Shown: in pieces, positions 37,379 to 51,565 of the stretch | Numbering within the stretch: the first letter of the stretch is position 1 | How the letters are laid out: the number at the start of each line of letters is the position of its first letter | Assembly (NCBI GenBank): GCA_028534125.1 | Contig: CM052817.1 | Coordinates: 58,220,001-58,284,000, forward strand | DNA from: Lama glama | Lineage: Eukaryota | Reading direction: 5' to 3' | Length of the DNA: 64,000 bases | Position numbers and translations under genes: made by a program | Notes under the pieces: generated by a model | What the model was told of the DNA's origin: nothing | Seen by the model: the letters and a program-made list of their open reading frames with translations, nothing else | Databases searched by the model: none

Positions 37379-40300
37379 TAAAGTCATCAGTGATTTGCCA
37401 GTTTTTATATTTTTTCAATCTTCATTTTTTTTTAAACTTACCTTCCGTGTCTAACACTGTTGAGAACTCTATTTGTATACTTATCAATTCTCCTTTTTGC
37501 AGGGCCTAATCTCCTCTGGTTCTTCTTTTCTCCTTCCAGACTCCTTTGAACACTGCTTCTTCATACCCACACTTTAAACAGCTATTACTTGGCATTGGTC
37601 TTTGACCTGTCTTTTTTTAAAAACCTGTTTTATCTGAAAACTTAAGATGTAGGTGAAATCAAGTGTGGATTCTAAATGAAAAGGCTGGGACTCTAATATA
37701 CCGGAAATCTAACAAAGCCAATAGGCATTGAAAAACACAGTATGTTAGATTTATAAAGACAGAATGAAGGCTTGTGAAAGAGCTATTTGCATAAGGAAAG
37801 TAGCTGAAAATCCAAGGACTGAAACTATGGAATGGATCTGAAAAAATATGCAGTGAATTGACTTTTGCCCTAATTTTTTATGGCTTGTCTCCCTCCCTCC
37901 TTCCTCCAACCCCTGTCTATTCCATCTATATTACTATTCTATTTTTGTTTTTATACACATATGTTTCTTTTTAAGTACTCAAATAATTCTCAATACTCCC
38001 CTTCTATTTCTAAAGTCATGTTGGAGAAGCGGCAATTATATCACTTAAACTGGGATCTCCCTACTAGAGTCTGTAATACATTGTAATATTAAGTCTACCC
38101 TCACTGCTGTCACCCACAATTATGCTCTGTTTGTTTCATTTTCAAAGTGGCAGTGGCTTAAGTTGAGCAAAAGACGGATAGTGGCAAAAGTTGTGGGCCT
38201 TGTGGAAGCAGCATGTATTTGACCTTCAGGATGCATGGTGACTACTAGGGAACCACACATAGCCCTTCTGTCCTACTCTGGCCTCTGCACTGCTGTTTCT
38301 TCTTTGTCTCCTTCAGAGTTTCCTGCGGCTTGTGCCTCAGGCTGGCTGGGGTCCAAAAAGAACTTGTGGTGTGCAGTTTGTGCACTCAAGGGGGAGGGGG
38401 AGTTTTCAGCACAACTTCGGAAAGGAAGAACATCTACAAAATATCTTTAGTTCCTAAATATACAAGAAATATATATAATTTAATAAAAATTTAGTAAATT
38501 AATAAATTCTTAAACAGGTTTATAATTTTTCATACTTTTTTACACTTCTTTTCTTTTTTCCATGAGCCTTTAATGCCTTCTAGTATTTGATATCTTTAAG
38601 AATATACTTTTTATTTTCTCTCTGAAACTTGGCTGGAATAAAAAAGCACATTGCTAAAAAAACCAAAGGCAAACCATTTCTCCTAACACACAAATATGAC
38701 CAAAAGAGAAAAATTTACAAAATAAGAATTTTTTTATGTCAGTGAAGCATGATTTTAATTTTTTAAAGTAAGCAAGTCTGGTGTGATGAAAGAGCAGGTG
38801 ATTTGGCAAAAGACACCACAGTCCGGTCGCTTTCACTTAGTAATTCTACCCACCTCATAGAGCTGTTGTAAGCATCAATTCCTGTATTTTATGTGAAAAA
38901 TTTTTATAAATTTAAAAGTGCCATATTGATGAAAATGATGCTTACATTTATTAATAACATGGTTCAAAGACAGAAACTGAAATAAAATTGCATTGACTTT
39001 TAGGTAGGCATTTAGAAAGGGAAACATTTTAAGAGCCAAACTCACATTTAAATATATCTTATCATGATAGTAAGTTGAGTTGGCTCCTTTAAGCAACAAC
39101 AAAAACAGTCCTTAAAATATTCAAGTTATTTATGTATTAATGCTTTATAAGGGTTGTTTATGTTTTGGAAACTCTTAAATTTTTCAAAATCAATTTATAT
39201 CACTTAGAAAAAAAAATTGAGAAGTACACTAAAGATTTGCATATTTTACTATGTTTATGTTACACTTTAATTAGAGCGTTTACTAGACCTAGTTATTTCG
39301 TGATTAGGAAATTAGGAAAAAAGTTTGTGCCCTAAGACAGGTGACTTGGCTATTTACAAAGAAATTTAATTTGCATCCTTGGTTTTCTTAAATAAAAGAC
39401 AATTTTAACCATTGTGGAAATTCATGTGGACATTTACATAACTTATTACATAATAACTTGTATGCTCTGTTAAATTGTAAGTTAATGCTGTCCAAACAGT
39501 AAGAGGTAATGATTTCAAAGACCAAAAAAAAAAAGCTGAAGAAAATAGTGAATTATAGAGTGTCTTATTTATTTCACTTTAAAAATAAATTTTGAACTAT
39601 GGGACTAGTCTGTCCTGGAATGTTTAAGATCTCTAAACATTTGTGAGAGAAACTTTTATAATACACTCAAGTTTTTGCTTTTGTCTCTTCCTTCTTCATT
39701 CTATTGAAAGGATACATCTAACAGTAGGGTATTCAGCTTGAATATTTGAACTACATGAATTTGAACGGGGAGGGGAGTTACCAGCTGTCAGATAATTCAT
39801 ATGATGTATTAGGTGCTGGTTGGGATGAGACAGTATATCTCAGCATGCTGTTGCCTTCAGTAGATTTATGTTCCAAAGAACTGTGGATACATTAATACAA
39901 ATAGTGATTTCGAATGAAAAGAAGATCAGCCACCTAGCTATGGTTCATGAATCACAGTGATTCTCTCTCTTCTATTTTTTAATAGTAATAATAAAAGTAC
40001 ATAGAAACTATCACTGAGATGAGTGGGTGTCAGAGTACATTGATCCTAAAGATTTAACTTGACCCAGCAGTCTACTGGAAGTTGCTATAGCTGAGAAAAA
40101 AGAACTAAGGAGAGATGCTGAGCTTACATTTAGAATAAGAGAAAGGAACTATTAATGCATGCTCTGCTCCAATAGCATTCATCTCTCTAGGAAGTCCTGC
40201 ATAACAAAAGAGAGTTGGGACACTATTAAGTTTTATAAAGTGATACTATGATTCCTTAAAGGGAATTTACTGTTAGGCAGCTGGGAGCCTGTAAGGTCTG

Positions 40301-41150
40301 TTGACTAAAGACGTTCAAAGATAGCCACTGTTGTTCAGTATACAGTTTTGTTTTTTGTGTTTTTTTTTTTTTATTCAGGGCAGTGGGGTTGAACTTAAAA
40401 GATGCTAACATCTTTAACATTTCTTGATTCTCTTCTTGTTCTAAGTAGACCATTAGATAATTTTAAGGAAATCAGAACAATTGACCCATACGAATGATTT
40501 CTACAGAAATTGTTTTTTGCTCTATTAAAACAGCGTAAAATGATTTTCTGATTTTGACATAATGACTTTGCTAAAAATTCCTATATTCATTTAAAAATAA
40601 GAATCATTTTACCATAAAATAGCAAATTATCCTGGTTCAATAAGCAAGCCTATTTTACAAAAGCAATAGATAAAAACTTCATTAAAAATACTTTTTTTAA
40701 AAACTGAAATAGGATTGCACTAATAAAATCACAGTAGAATTGCTAAGGGTAGAGCAGAAGCCCAAATTGAAGAAAAATCAAAAAAATGTTTCTATTATAT
40801 GAACTTAATGGGCAAGGAAATTGAATCTTCAGTTGAACCCAGTGCTAGCTGTGTGCCCAGGGCAAGTGTTAGGCACTGCTGAAGGGGATGGTGACCAGGA
40901 AGAGGAGGTCTCTTTACTCACGAAACCTGAGTATGATGTTAAAAACGGAAGTCTTGCTTTTAAAAAAATCTAGGTTTCCTGTGAAGATCATGGAATTCTT
41001 ACATTCTAAAAAGACAACTTCTTTACTTGCAAGGGCAGCTAACTAGAATAGGTAGGAAATTACTGATTCTGGAATCTGAGTATTCCAGGTTGAAGTAATG
41101 TACCAAACAGTGAGCAGCCTACTAACAAATCTAAAAAGTGAAGGGGTATA

Positions 41151-41469
41151 CAGTCGACCCTTCATATTCATAGGGGTTCCACATTCACAGATTGAACCAA
41201 CAGCGGATTGAAAATATTAAAAAAAAATCCAAGAGGTTCCAAAAAGCAAGACTTAAATTTGCTGGGCACTAACAACTATTTACTTAGCATTTACATTACA
41301 TTAAATATTATAAATAATCTAGAGATGATTTGAACTATACAGGAGGTTGTGCATAGGTTAGACGCAGATACTTTGCTGTTTTCTGTAAGGGACTTGAGCA
41401 TCTGTAGATTTTGGTATCCAACAGGAGGTGGTCCAGGAACCAATCTCCTGCAGACACTGAGGGAGAACT
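41151..41469. mobile_element. MER2-like Tigger (TcMar) DNA transposon
   Basis: ta|cagtcgacccttcatat...aaccaacagcggattgaaaatatt...taatctagagatgattt...agggacttgagcatc..gattttggtatcc...ctgagggagaact. Confidence 0.85.
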
Positions 41470-42014
41470 TTAATTAGCTTCTGATTATTGGTGATGCAGT
41501 ACAAAGATTTAAGATGAATTGGAATTATTTCTTAAGTGAAGAACATTGTGGACTGTCTACCTTGAGCAGAAATGCAACTAGGCATTGTGTGAAGAAATGT
41601 AAAACAATTTTTGTTTGTTTTACTTTATAAGGTTATATCATATCTTTGTTCAGATAATCTCTTTGCATGAACTTCCATATCCACAAAACAGAGCTTGTAG
41701 GAAGTAGAGCTCAGATGAGTAAGTGAGCTGTCTTCCTCTCTGTCTTTTCTTCTTTCCTTCTATCCCTTTTTTCCTAACTCTTCTTAACTTCAGTGCGCTT
41801 CTCAAAAATAAAAAAAACAAAACACAACTCAAAATAACAAAATTTAGATGGGTATCAACAGTAGCAGATTCAAGAGAGCAGCTAAACTAGGTATTGCTTC
41901 TTTTGCTATTCCCTCATGTGATTATTCTACTTAAAAAAAATAACCAACTTTACTTTGGGACTATACAGCACCAACATCACCTTGGTTACAGCATGTCTCT
42001 TTAATTTTACTAAA

Positions 42015-43085
42015 TATGTTTTTATTTTATTATAGTTTCATATTTACAGGAAAGTTAGAAGAATTGTACCAGAAACTCCCTTATATCCTTTACATACATT
42101 CACCAATCATTTTTACCATATTCTCCTCCCTCTCTCTCTTTCTCTCTGTAGTACATAGATACATATGTTATGTATATTATCTTCCTGAAGTGTGTGAGAG
42201 TTAGTCATACAGGTCATTTATTCCTAAATACATCTGCTTTTATTTTCCAAGAACAAAGATACTGTCTTACATCATAGTGTAAGTATGAAAATCAGGAAAT
42301 TTAACCTTGACACAGTATCGTATTTGACATGAATCTATATTCAATTTTTTTCTAGTTGTTTCATTTTTTTTTCAATTCAGGCTTCAATCCAGAATCATGT
42401 GTTATGTTTAGCTGTCATGTATCGTTAGCCTCTCTTAATCTAGACTAGTTCCTCACTATTCTTTATCTCACGTGGTGTTATAACAGTTGTTTTGTAGAAT
42501 TCAAATTCAATTCATGTTTGTCTGGTGTTTCACTATTGCATTCAGCTTACGCAATTTGGGGGAGGAAAACCACATGTGTGACATTTGTGCTCTTAGTGGC
42601 TCAGATCAGGAAGTATTTGATGTCAGTTTGTATCATTACTGATGATGTTACTTTTGATCACTTGGTAAAGGTGGTGTTTACTTCACCACTGTGAAGTTAT
42701 TTGTTCCCTTGTTAATAAGTAATCTCTGGAGAGATACTCTGAAGCTATGTAGCTGTTTTCCATTTACCGAAGTTTTAGTATCCATTGATGATTCTGCCCC
42801 AAATTATTTTTTTCCCCTAATACTTGCACAATAGTGATTTTACAACTGTCTCATCCCTTCCATATTTATTAGTTGGCATTCTACTATAGGAAAGTCTTTT
42901 CCCTTTTCCTCTGTTCAGGTAAGTATGCATGTTTGCATGTGTGTATATGTATGTATGATTTATCAACAGAATCATGGGCTCCTATTTTATTCAGTAGGTT
43001 ATAATCTATTATTATTATTAATTTTCGATGCTAAAATTATTCCAGATTTTATCTGCCAGAACTCCCTCAAGGTGGCTCTTGAATT
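42015..43085 (-). mobile_element. L1MC-like LINE-1 3' region
   Basis: atttacaggaaagtt...aaaatcaggaaatttaac...tttagctgtcatgt...ttgatcacttggtaaaggtggtg...ttattagttggcattctact. Confidence 0.75.
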
Positions 43086-46000
43086 TTCTTCAAAGATGCA
43101 ACTAATGAATGTTTAATTTTGAATAGGCCAAAGCTGAGTGATAGATTGATACTGGAAGGCTGAGTAAAGCCACCCTTTAGCAAATACTCTGAGAATGTTT
43201 CTGACAGAGCATCCAGCTCTGAGACTGGAAATATTTTACTTAACAGTTTTATACTCTATATTTGTGTGATGAAGTTCAGATTATCTGCCCATCCCCCAGT
43301 ATTTTTGAGGGAAACTAATTGATCATAAGTGGTTTACTGTTAAACTCTGTACTGAAATATGTATTAAATTTTATTTGGAGTTGAGTCTCCCTTTTGCAGT
43401 AAACATATAAATACATAGACAGACAGATAGATAAAATTTAATTTCAAGTAAGTTTATGTACCATTTATTCATTTATTCAATTAACAATTTATTAAGTGTC
43501 ATTTATGTACTAGATTGTGTGTTAAGTCCTGGTGATTCAATAAAATTAAATAGTGGGGGAACCAATAAAAATAAAAGATTGTTCAAAAAATATTTGAGGA
43601 ACATGTTATTTATAAGAAGCTTAATAAAGAAATATTACAATAAGTCTGTTAGTTTGGTTATAAAACTGATGAATGTCTTCCAGGGCAATAAACCATAGTA
43701 TTTGGAATGATCTTTTCTACCAGGCTGAAAACATTTGTATCTCTATTGGACACACTCTACAAGTTAACATGTAACTTCACAGAGTTTGAGCCCTTAATCA
43801 ATAAATAAGCAAAATCAAAAGCAGAGCAATTGCCTTGAAAATTAAATGATCCTTCAGGATGACAATGACAAGAGCACAGTCATCCTCTTGGCCTTATACG
43901 GAATATTTGGAAATTTTTTCTCAACGTTGTTCTCTTTGATCCCTTAATAAAATTTTCCAAAGATTATCCTAATGTCGTTATTATAAACTATATGATAAAT
44001 ATATATAACTATATACTTATATGTAATTCATATATTTATAAGATTATTATTGATCTCAGAAAAAAAGCTGATTCTGTTTTCTATTATGTACTACTTATTT
44101 ACATTTGTATTAGTTAGTAATAATTAATTGTGTGTGCCTCTTTGAGTTTAAAGTACTGAGAAACTACTATCTGGAAATGTCATTAAGAAACATAGGAATA
44201 AATCTTAAAAGCTCCAACACTTGCTCTTCAGTCTTGAGGCTAGGAAACTAAACCTGCCCTCCATGAGATTAACTTACAGAACCTATAAATTTGGTGAAAT
44301 TTTTTCTTCCAAGGTCTCCAAAATTTGGTAAAATCCCTGTCCTTCCAGGAAGTAACTGTATTTAAAAGGATGGTTCTTTCTGCAAGATTCTGAGATCATA
44401 TTTTTTAAGGACACCCTCTTTCTGGTTTATGCATATCTAGATCTCTAAGACTTGTTCTCCTTTTCAGTGGACACAAAAATTTTAGTGATTCAAATTCTCA
44501 AATAGTCAAAAGGCAAGACAACAATAACACAATAATAAATCTGATAATAAATCATGTTCTCTGTTGTATCTCATCTGATTGAAACTAGGTCTTCATTATC
44601 AACCCAATAGAGACCATCAAAAGATCAGACCATTAAATTAGATACCCCAGGGACAGGGGGATTATTGGGCACGTAAAATCATACTCATCTGGAAACATTT
44701 TTTTGGCCATGTGGTTGAGGCTGGCTTAGGTCCACTGTACACTAGATTATCCCCTAACTGAGAAAAGAAACACAGCTGAAGCCATAGGGTGCTTTCTTAA
44801 GTATATATTTGTAACTGGCTTAGTGGTTTGAGACTAGACACAAATTCAAGTCTTGAGGCTTCGTTGTGGAAAGGAACAAGACCCTAACCAAAAGTTTGAC
44901 AAGAAACAGAATTACAGTTTGTCAGAAGCAAAAACAAACAAAGGTATGCAAAATCAGAAGAAAGAAAAAGCACAGAAAAGCAGAAAGTCAGCAAAAGTAA
45001 AAAGTTATTAACACTTGGAAGTCTCTTCGGGAGCCAAGAAGTAACATACCTGGACTTAAATTATTTGACTATAAAGTAGTCCGGCAATGTAGTTTAATTG
45101 CCTCTGGCATGTGAGTCCACTTGGATGTCTTAGTGAGTCCTCCAAAACTATCAATGTACAATTTTCAAAAGCTTAAAATGTGACTTTATACAAATATGAT
45201 TGGACAAGAATCAAAGATGTACTCAATTCACTAAGAGAACCTACATAATGATAATTTGATTCAAGAGCATTTGAGGAACAAGGGATTTATAACAATTTAA
45301 TAAAATAATGTTAGAATAACATTGCAAAATTGGATACAGAACCAGTTAATGTCCCACAGGTCAGTAATCCATTACCAGACAAAAGCATTTATATCTCAGT
45401 TGGATACAAATCTACAGATTACCATGTAGCTTTGCTGAATCAGCGCCCTTAATTAATAGTAAATATCAAAATCAAGCAATGGTATAATTTACAAAATTCA
45501 TTAACTCTTGGGAGAGCATTTTAAATAATTTAGTATGCAGTCATCTTCTTGGCCCTATTTCTGAGTTTTGGATAATGGTTCTTAACACAATCATTGCCCC
45601 AGGGTGAGCTCAAGAGAACAGCAGTTTAGATCTAGAGCAGTTGATGAGTAGTTGCATTAATGCATGAAGCATTTCTGTAAGGTAGGAATGTTGGAACAGA
45701 ACTGGGATCTTACCATAAATACAGAGGGAAGATAGGGAAGAGCTAGGTCAGAGAGGTCATGCATTAATATAGTAAGAGTTTTGCAGAAAGTCAGGAGCCA
45801 CTGATGATTTTAAGCAGGATAGTGGCATAGAAATATATACCTTTTAGAATTATTGTTCACCAAATTTTAAATGGCTTAAATGAATTCATTAGGTAGCTAT
45901 AGGTCATAGTGATAAATACCTTACATGGAAAAATGGCAGTGTTTTTTATTGTATGAACACAGCATACTGCTTTTTCATTGACATTTGATGTAAACTTTTT

Positions 46001-48684
46001 ATATTCCTATTTGGTTGAGATACTTTGCTGCTAAATTAAAACTGTTCTCTCAGCATTTAGTCATAGTTTCATTTTATGTATCAATTATGTATTACATTTT
46101 ACTTTTTTTCTAAAAATTGTGAAGTTGAAAACTTCACCATTAGTAAGTAATTACTGAATAATTACTATCTTATCAATTATACTTCCTGTGGAGCATAGCA
46201 GTAAAAGTATTCTTAGGAGAAGGAAAGCACTGAGTTATGCTTTTTTTGGCTATTTTTCTTTACTTGACAATTTGTTTGCCTTTCTCACATTATGAAGTAT
46301 ATAGTTATACTTAGTTATAAACTACCATAATTTATTAGCTACTGAAGTCACACAGCCTAATTTATGAACAACACATTTTCTAGCCAAGCCATTTTCTTTG
46401 TAGTCACTAACCGAACTGTCAACCTGTAAAATGTCCGTATAACTTTGCACTCAGGGTAATATGAAAGGTGACACAAGATAGTAGGAGTTTATAGAAACAG
46501 AAAGTCTTACTTATGTGCAGTGGTGGTTGTGGGTATAGGGATTGATATTCTGATTGCATTGCAATGAGCAGTGTTTTTTGTTTTCTGTGTGCTCATTCTG
46601 GAATCAGCTACCTTCTTCAAAGTGCATCTTTTTACTAAATGTGGTGGACATGAAGGAACAGGGTGCCAGAAATGCAATCTATCTAAGCTGATTACAAATT
46701 TCTCTTCTAATCAAGATGATGTCCCATGATTAAGAAAGAAAAATAAACTGTCACATAGGCTTTCTAATTGATAGTAGGAAAGTGCCACATTTGTTTTCCA
46801 AACTATTTTCTAAAATAGTTCAGGGAGTGAGCTCAGACACCAGTCTAATTAATTAATGATGGGTGGATTAGAATGAGAAATACAAACAACCATGTATGAA
46901 AAGAAGGAAGAAGCAGTGATTATATATAAGCTTGCAGGTCATAATTATTTTTGAATATTAGAAGATGTTCAGTTTTTTTCCAGATCCCTAAAAACATAGT
47001 CTTTTTATGACTATTTCATCTATAATTTTCATAAACATTTTATAACATTTTCCCTTTACTTTTTTAACCTTTTTCAAAGAAAATATTTATTTTATAAATT
47101 AGTTCATATTTAAGGATAAGGAAATGGGAAGTTAATATTTATTGGGAGTTTATTATGTATCATGGATTACATAATCACTCTTCATGTGGGAAATATTTCA
47201 TGTTTATAATTCTTTCTAAGAAGAATAACTCTCACTAAGGAGCTCTTTGTACTTTTATTAAATGGCTGTAGTTATTAAAATTTTCTCCTATTGAACTAAA
47301 TCCTGCCTTCCTTTAACTTACATCTAGTTCTCTGATGCTACACTTCTAGTCCTTCAGATATTTAAAGTTTTTTTATAAAAATATTCATGGCATTTAAAAA
47401 AATAAGTTCTAATCCTGCATATTCTTTCACTATTCAGAAACCACCATTTTCTCTATTCCATTTAGTCTTTTTTTTAGAAAAAAATATTTAAAAACTTGTA
47501 ATATCCATTGATAAGTACCGTAAATCACATATAATCTGAGTAGAGTATAACTTTTTTTCTGGAAATTAGAGCTTGGAATTTTGTGAAATTGAAGAATTAT
47601 ATTATTTCCTTCTCAGAGATTTTAGCTCAACTATGGAAGTTTCCATATAATGATTATTTATCTGTTGGCTTGATTAATTTAACTGTCAAAGGACCAAAGG
47701 GATAATAGAATTATTTATTTTAATTTTATAGATTTGGTTAATGATTTCTCTGAAAGATTAAAAGATATGTGGAATGATATTTCAGATTCCAAACCTGCAT
47801 GTATCATAAGAAAATACAAAATAAATGAAAACATTTATGACCAAATTGAACTTAAAATTCTGTGCTTTCACTTATAGAATATTGTTTAATCTCAGCCAGT
47901 TTTCACCTCTGTTCTTAGAGTTAGTTTTAAATGATTGGTTTTAGGTAAACATAGGAATAGCCTGTTAAAGACTACAAAAATTTGTTTCTTTAATTTCTGA
48001 TTGCCCTTATAATTATGGGAGAAGAATTATAACATCTTGGTCCCTGTCTTTGAGGACATGAGTCCTAGATTTATGCTTTTGAGTAGAGGTATTGAATAGA
48101 GTTTACTTTTGTTCATCTTGTCAGGAAAGCAGTCACCTATGATGATGATGTGTACATGTGCACTTTACTAATTTAAACACAGTATGTAAAAACACACATT
48201 TATAAAGTTGAATTTGGAGGCTATTTTTTGTATAAGATTTATTGTAAATACCCTCAATAACAAATCCCTCTTTGCATTCATTAGCAGCAGTAATAACTAA
48301 TATTTATTAAAGACCATCTGTAGGGTGGCTGCATGTCTCAAATAAAAAATGGACACACAATAGATGGTTTCTTGATATTATATTATAAAATACAAGGCAT
48401 GAAATACTTGGCCCCCAAAATAAGATGAAGTGGAAAGAAAATAGAACATGGAATCAGAAAACCTGAATTTGGTAAGGTACTTAACTCTCTTTGTTTTTTC
48501 CACAACTGTGAATTAAAAACCTCTGGTTTTAATGCCTAGTTCACATAGTAGTTGTAAAAATTAAATGAGGTTTAAATTAAAATCTGGGTATCTGCCAAGG
48601 AGACTGATAGCAGCCAAGTTAAGTTGTGTGTATATGTGAGAGAGAGACCTTTTCAGTGAAGGCTGCTTTTAAGAACTCAAATCA

Positions 48685-49675
48685 TTTTGAGTTGATTTTT
48701 GTATATGGTGTAAGGGAGTGTTCTAGCTTCATTGTTTTACATGCTGCTGTCCAGTTTTCCCAACACCATTTGCTGAAGAGACTGTCTTTTTTCCATTGTA
48801 TACTCTTGCCTCCTTTGCCGAAGATGAGTTGACCAAAAGTTTGTGGGTTCATTTCTGGGCTCTCTATTCTGCTCCATTGGTCTGTATGTCTGTTTTGGTA
48901 CCAATACCATGCTGTCTTGATGACTGTAGCTCTATAGTATTGTCTGAAGTCTGGGAGAGTTATTCCTCCAGCCTCTTTCTTTCTCTTCAGTAATGCTTTG
49001 GCAATTCTAGGTCTTTGATGGTTCCATATAAATTTTATTATGATTTGTTGTNNNNNNNNNNNNNNNNNNNNNNNNNNNNNNNNNNNNNNNNNNNNNNNNN
49101 NNNNNNNNNNNNNNNNNNNNNNNNNNNNNNNNNNNNNNNNNNNNNNNNNNNNNNNNNNNNNNNNNNNNNNNNNNNNNNNNNNNNNNNNNNNNNNNNNNNN
49201 NNNNNNNNNNNNNNNNNNNNNNNNNNNNNNNNNNNNNNNNNNNNNNNNNNNNNNNNNNNNNNNNNNNNNNNNNNNNNNNNNNNNNNNNNNNNNNNNNNNN
49301 NNNNNNNNNNNNNNNNNNNNNNNNNNNNNNNNNNNNNNNNNNNNNNNNNNNNNNNNNNNNNNNNNNNNNNNNNNNNNNNNNNNNNNNNNNNNNNNNNNNN
49401 NNNNNNNNNNNNNNNNNNNNNNNNNNNNNNNNNNNNNNNNNNNNNNNNNNNNNNNNNNNNNNNNNNNNNNNNNNNNNNNNNNNNNNNNNNNNNNNNNNNN
49501 NNNNNNNNNNNNNNNNNNNNNNNNNNNNNNNNNNNNNNNNNNNNNNNNNNNGAAAAAAATGTGACAATGAGTGTGTATATGTCCATGAATGACTGAAAAA
49601 TTGTGCTGAACACTGAAATTTGACACAACATTGTAAAATGATTATAAATCAATAAAAAATGTTAAAAAAAAAAAA
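48685..49675 (+). mobile_element. Young LINE-1 with 5' inversion (ORF2 segment on the minus strand, 3' end and poly(A) on the plus strand), spanning the assembly gap
   Basis: Perfect 14-bp TSD aagaactcaaatca at 48671-48684 and 49676-49689. The ORF2 frame is open on the minus strand ([13 protein letters not shown]...TKINSK). Sense 3' end and poly(A) at 49552-49675. Confidence 0.9.
49052..49551. other. Assembly gap (500 N)
   Basis: Run of N. Confidence 1.
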
Positions 49676-50239
49676 AAGAACTCAAATCACTCTCCTTAGC
49701 AGAGATTCAGCATGGTGGCCAGCCGCCTTGAGCAGCTGTGGGCCTCCCTGAAGCCATTCCAGCAGCCAGGGTTGTGAGTCGTGTTTTTACAGTGTAGTAA
49801 TAAAATGACTCCCATGGTGGTTCAGAGTTTTAAACTGAAAGATAAGAAGTTCAAATACTATAGACAAGGAAGGGCCTTGAAACCTGTCTTAAGGGAAGAC
49901 CCTCTGTCAAAGAAACGTGGTGACCCTGCATTTCCGTCTGACATTGAGACATACTGTCTGGCTTCACAAAACAAAAAATTCTCTGTGACTTCACTTATGA
50001 CAGAAACAGCAAGGCCTGAACCTCTGTCCTCTGACTATTCAAGTGTACCAGTGGCCTCCTCATGGATTATGCCTGTGGTGAGTGGAGGATAAAGAAAGCA
50101 GGACTGGGCAGAAAGATAAGTTGCACTGATCTGCCTTGACCTCTCCAGCTGAAAAGGTCCTTCACATTTGTCCAAAATAGAGACAAGGGAAGCATTCTCT
50201 ATACTTTCACATTGACCAGTGGATCCAGAGTGCCATGAG

Positions 50240-50403
50240 AGAGACTGTGACCCACCTTGGACAAGGTAGCAAGGGCCGAGAGCTGAGGCCAAGTTCTGGA
50301 GATGGATTCAGCTGAGAGCTGTTGCCAAAACACAGCTGCTGGGGGAGTGCGTGTGTCAGTCCCAGATGTGAGGATCTGGGGGTATTCCACTTTAGCCACC
50401 ACA
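50240..50403 (-). mobile_element. LTR16-like (ERVL) LTR, 5' part
   Basis: Reverse complement reads tgtggtgg...cccagatcc...actcccccagcagctg...ctctcagctgaatcc...ccttgtccaagg. Confidence 0.6.
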
Positions 50404-50889
50404 GTATCTCATTTAATTTTCACAAGAAGCCCATAAATTTGACATTATTCTTACCCAAATTTTTCAAATGAGGAAATTGAGGTACATAGATATTAAGAGC
50501 TGATAAATGTACTAATACAGTGGATTTTAATGTTTTTCAGGACCCTCTAACATTCTTAAAATTTATTGCAGACCTGGAAGAGCTTTTGTTTTGTGGGTTA
50601 TATCAATTATTATTTACTATATTAGTAATTGAAACAGACATTTGGAAATATATTTAGATTAACTGATTAACCATTACTTAGTATTCTTCAAGTTATTTCA
50701 AATATTAAAACTTTTAAATTTATTCTGAATAGGATAGAATACCCTTCTCATGATAGTCCATTAAAAGGAAATTGTCCCTTAAGTTTTAGCAACTGTGCCA
50801 TCTTACTTTGTAATTGCTATCTTACAGACTTTTATAGAACTTTGTTCCTTTTTCTCAGTACATTTATCCCAGCTTGTGACTATACATTT

Positions 50890-51565
50890 ATTTTGGCTAT
50901 TCAGGGTCTTCTGGTTTCCATACAAATTTTAAAATTATTTGTTCTAGTTCTGTGAAAATGCCATTGGTATTTTGTTAGGGATTGCATTGAGTCTGTAGAT
51001 TGTCTTGGGTAGAAAGGTCATTTTAATCCACAGCTAATATCATACTTCAAGGTGAAAAGCTGAAACTATTTTCTCTGAGATCAGGAACAAGACAAGGATG
51101 CCCACTCTTACCACTTTTATTCAACATTGTTTTTGAAGCCCTAGCCACAGCAGAGAATAAAAAGAAATAAAAGGAACCCGAATTGGAAAGGAAGAGGTAA
51201 AACTTTACTGTTTGCAGATGGCATGATTCTGTACATAGAAAACCCTAAGGATGCCACCAGAAAAACTACAAGAACTCATCAATGAATTCGATAAAGTTAC
51301 AGGATACAAAATTAATATTCAGAAATTTGTTGTGTTTCTATACACTAACAACTAGCTATCAGAAAGAGAAATTAAGGAAACAATTTCCTTTACCATCACA
51401 TCAGAAAAATTAAATACTTAGGAACAGAGTTACCTAAGAGGGTAAAAGGTGTGTACTCAGAAAACTATAACACTGATGAAAGTAACTGAAGACAACACAA
51501 ACAGATGGAGAGATATACCATGTTCTTGGATTGGAAAAATTAGAATTGTTAATTGACCTTTCTAC
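50890..51565. mobile_element. Internal LINE-1 ORF2 (RT region) fragment with inversion
   Basis: 50890-51026 is antisense ORF2. 51027-51565 is sense RT-region sequence (ggaacaagacaaggatgcccactc; ctgtttgcagatggcatgat). Confidence 0.88.

Noticed and set aside
48682..49652. Long ORFs of 174-314 aa
   Set aside because: Artefacts of translating across the N gap. Only the L1 ORF2 segment is real.
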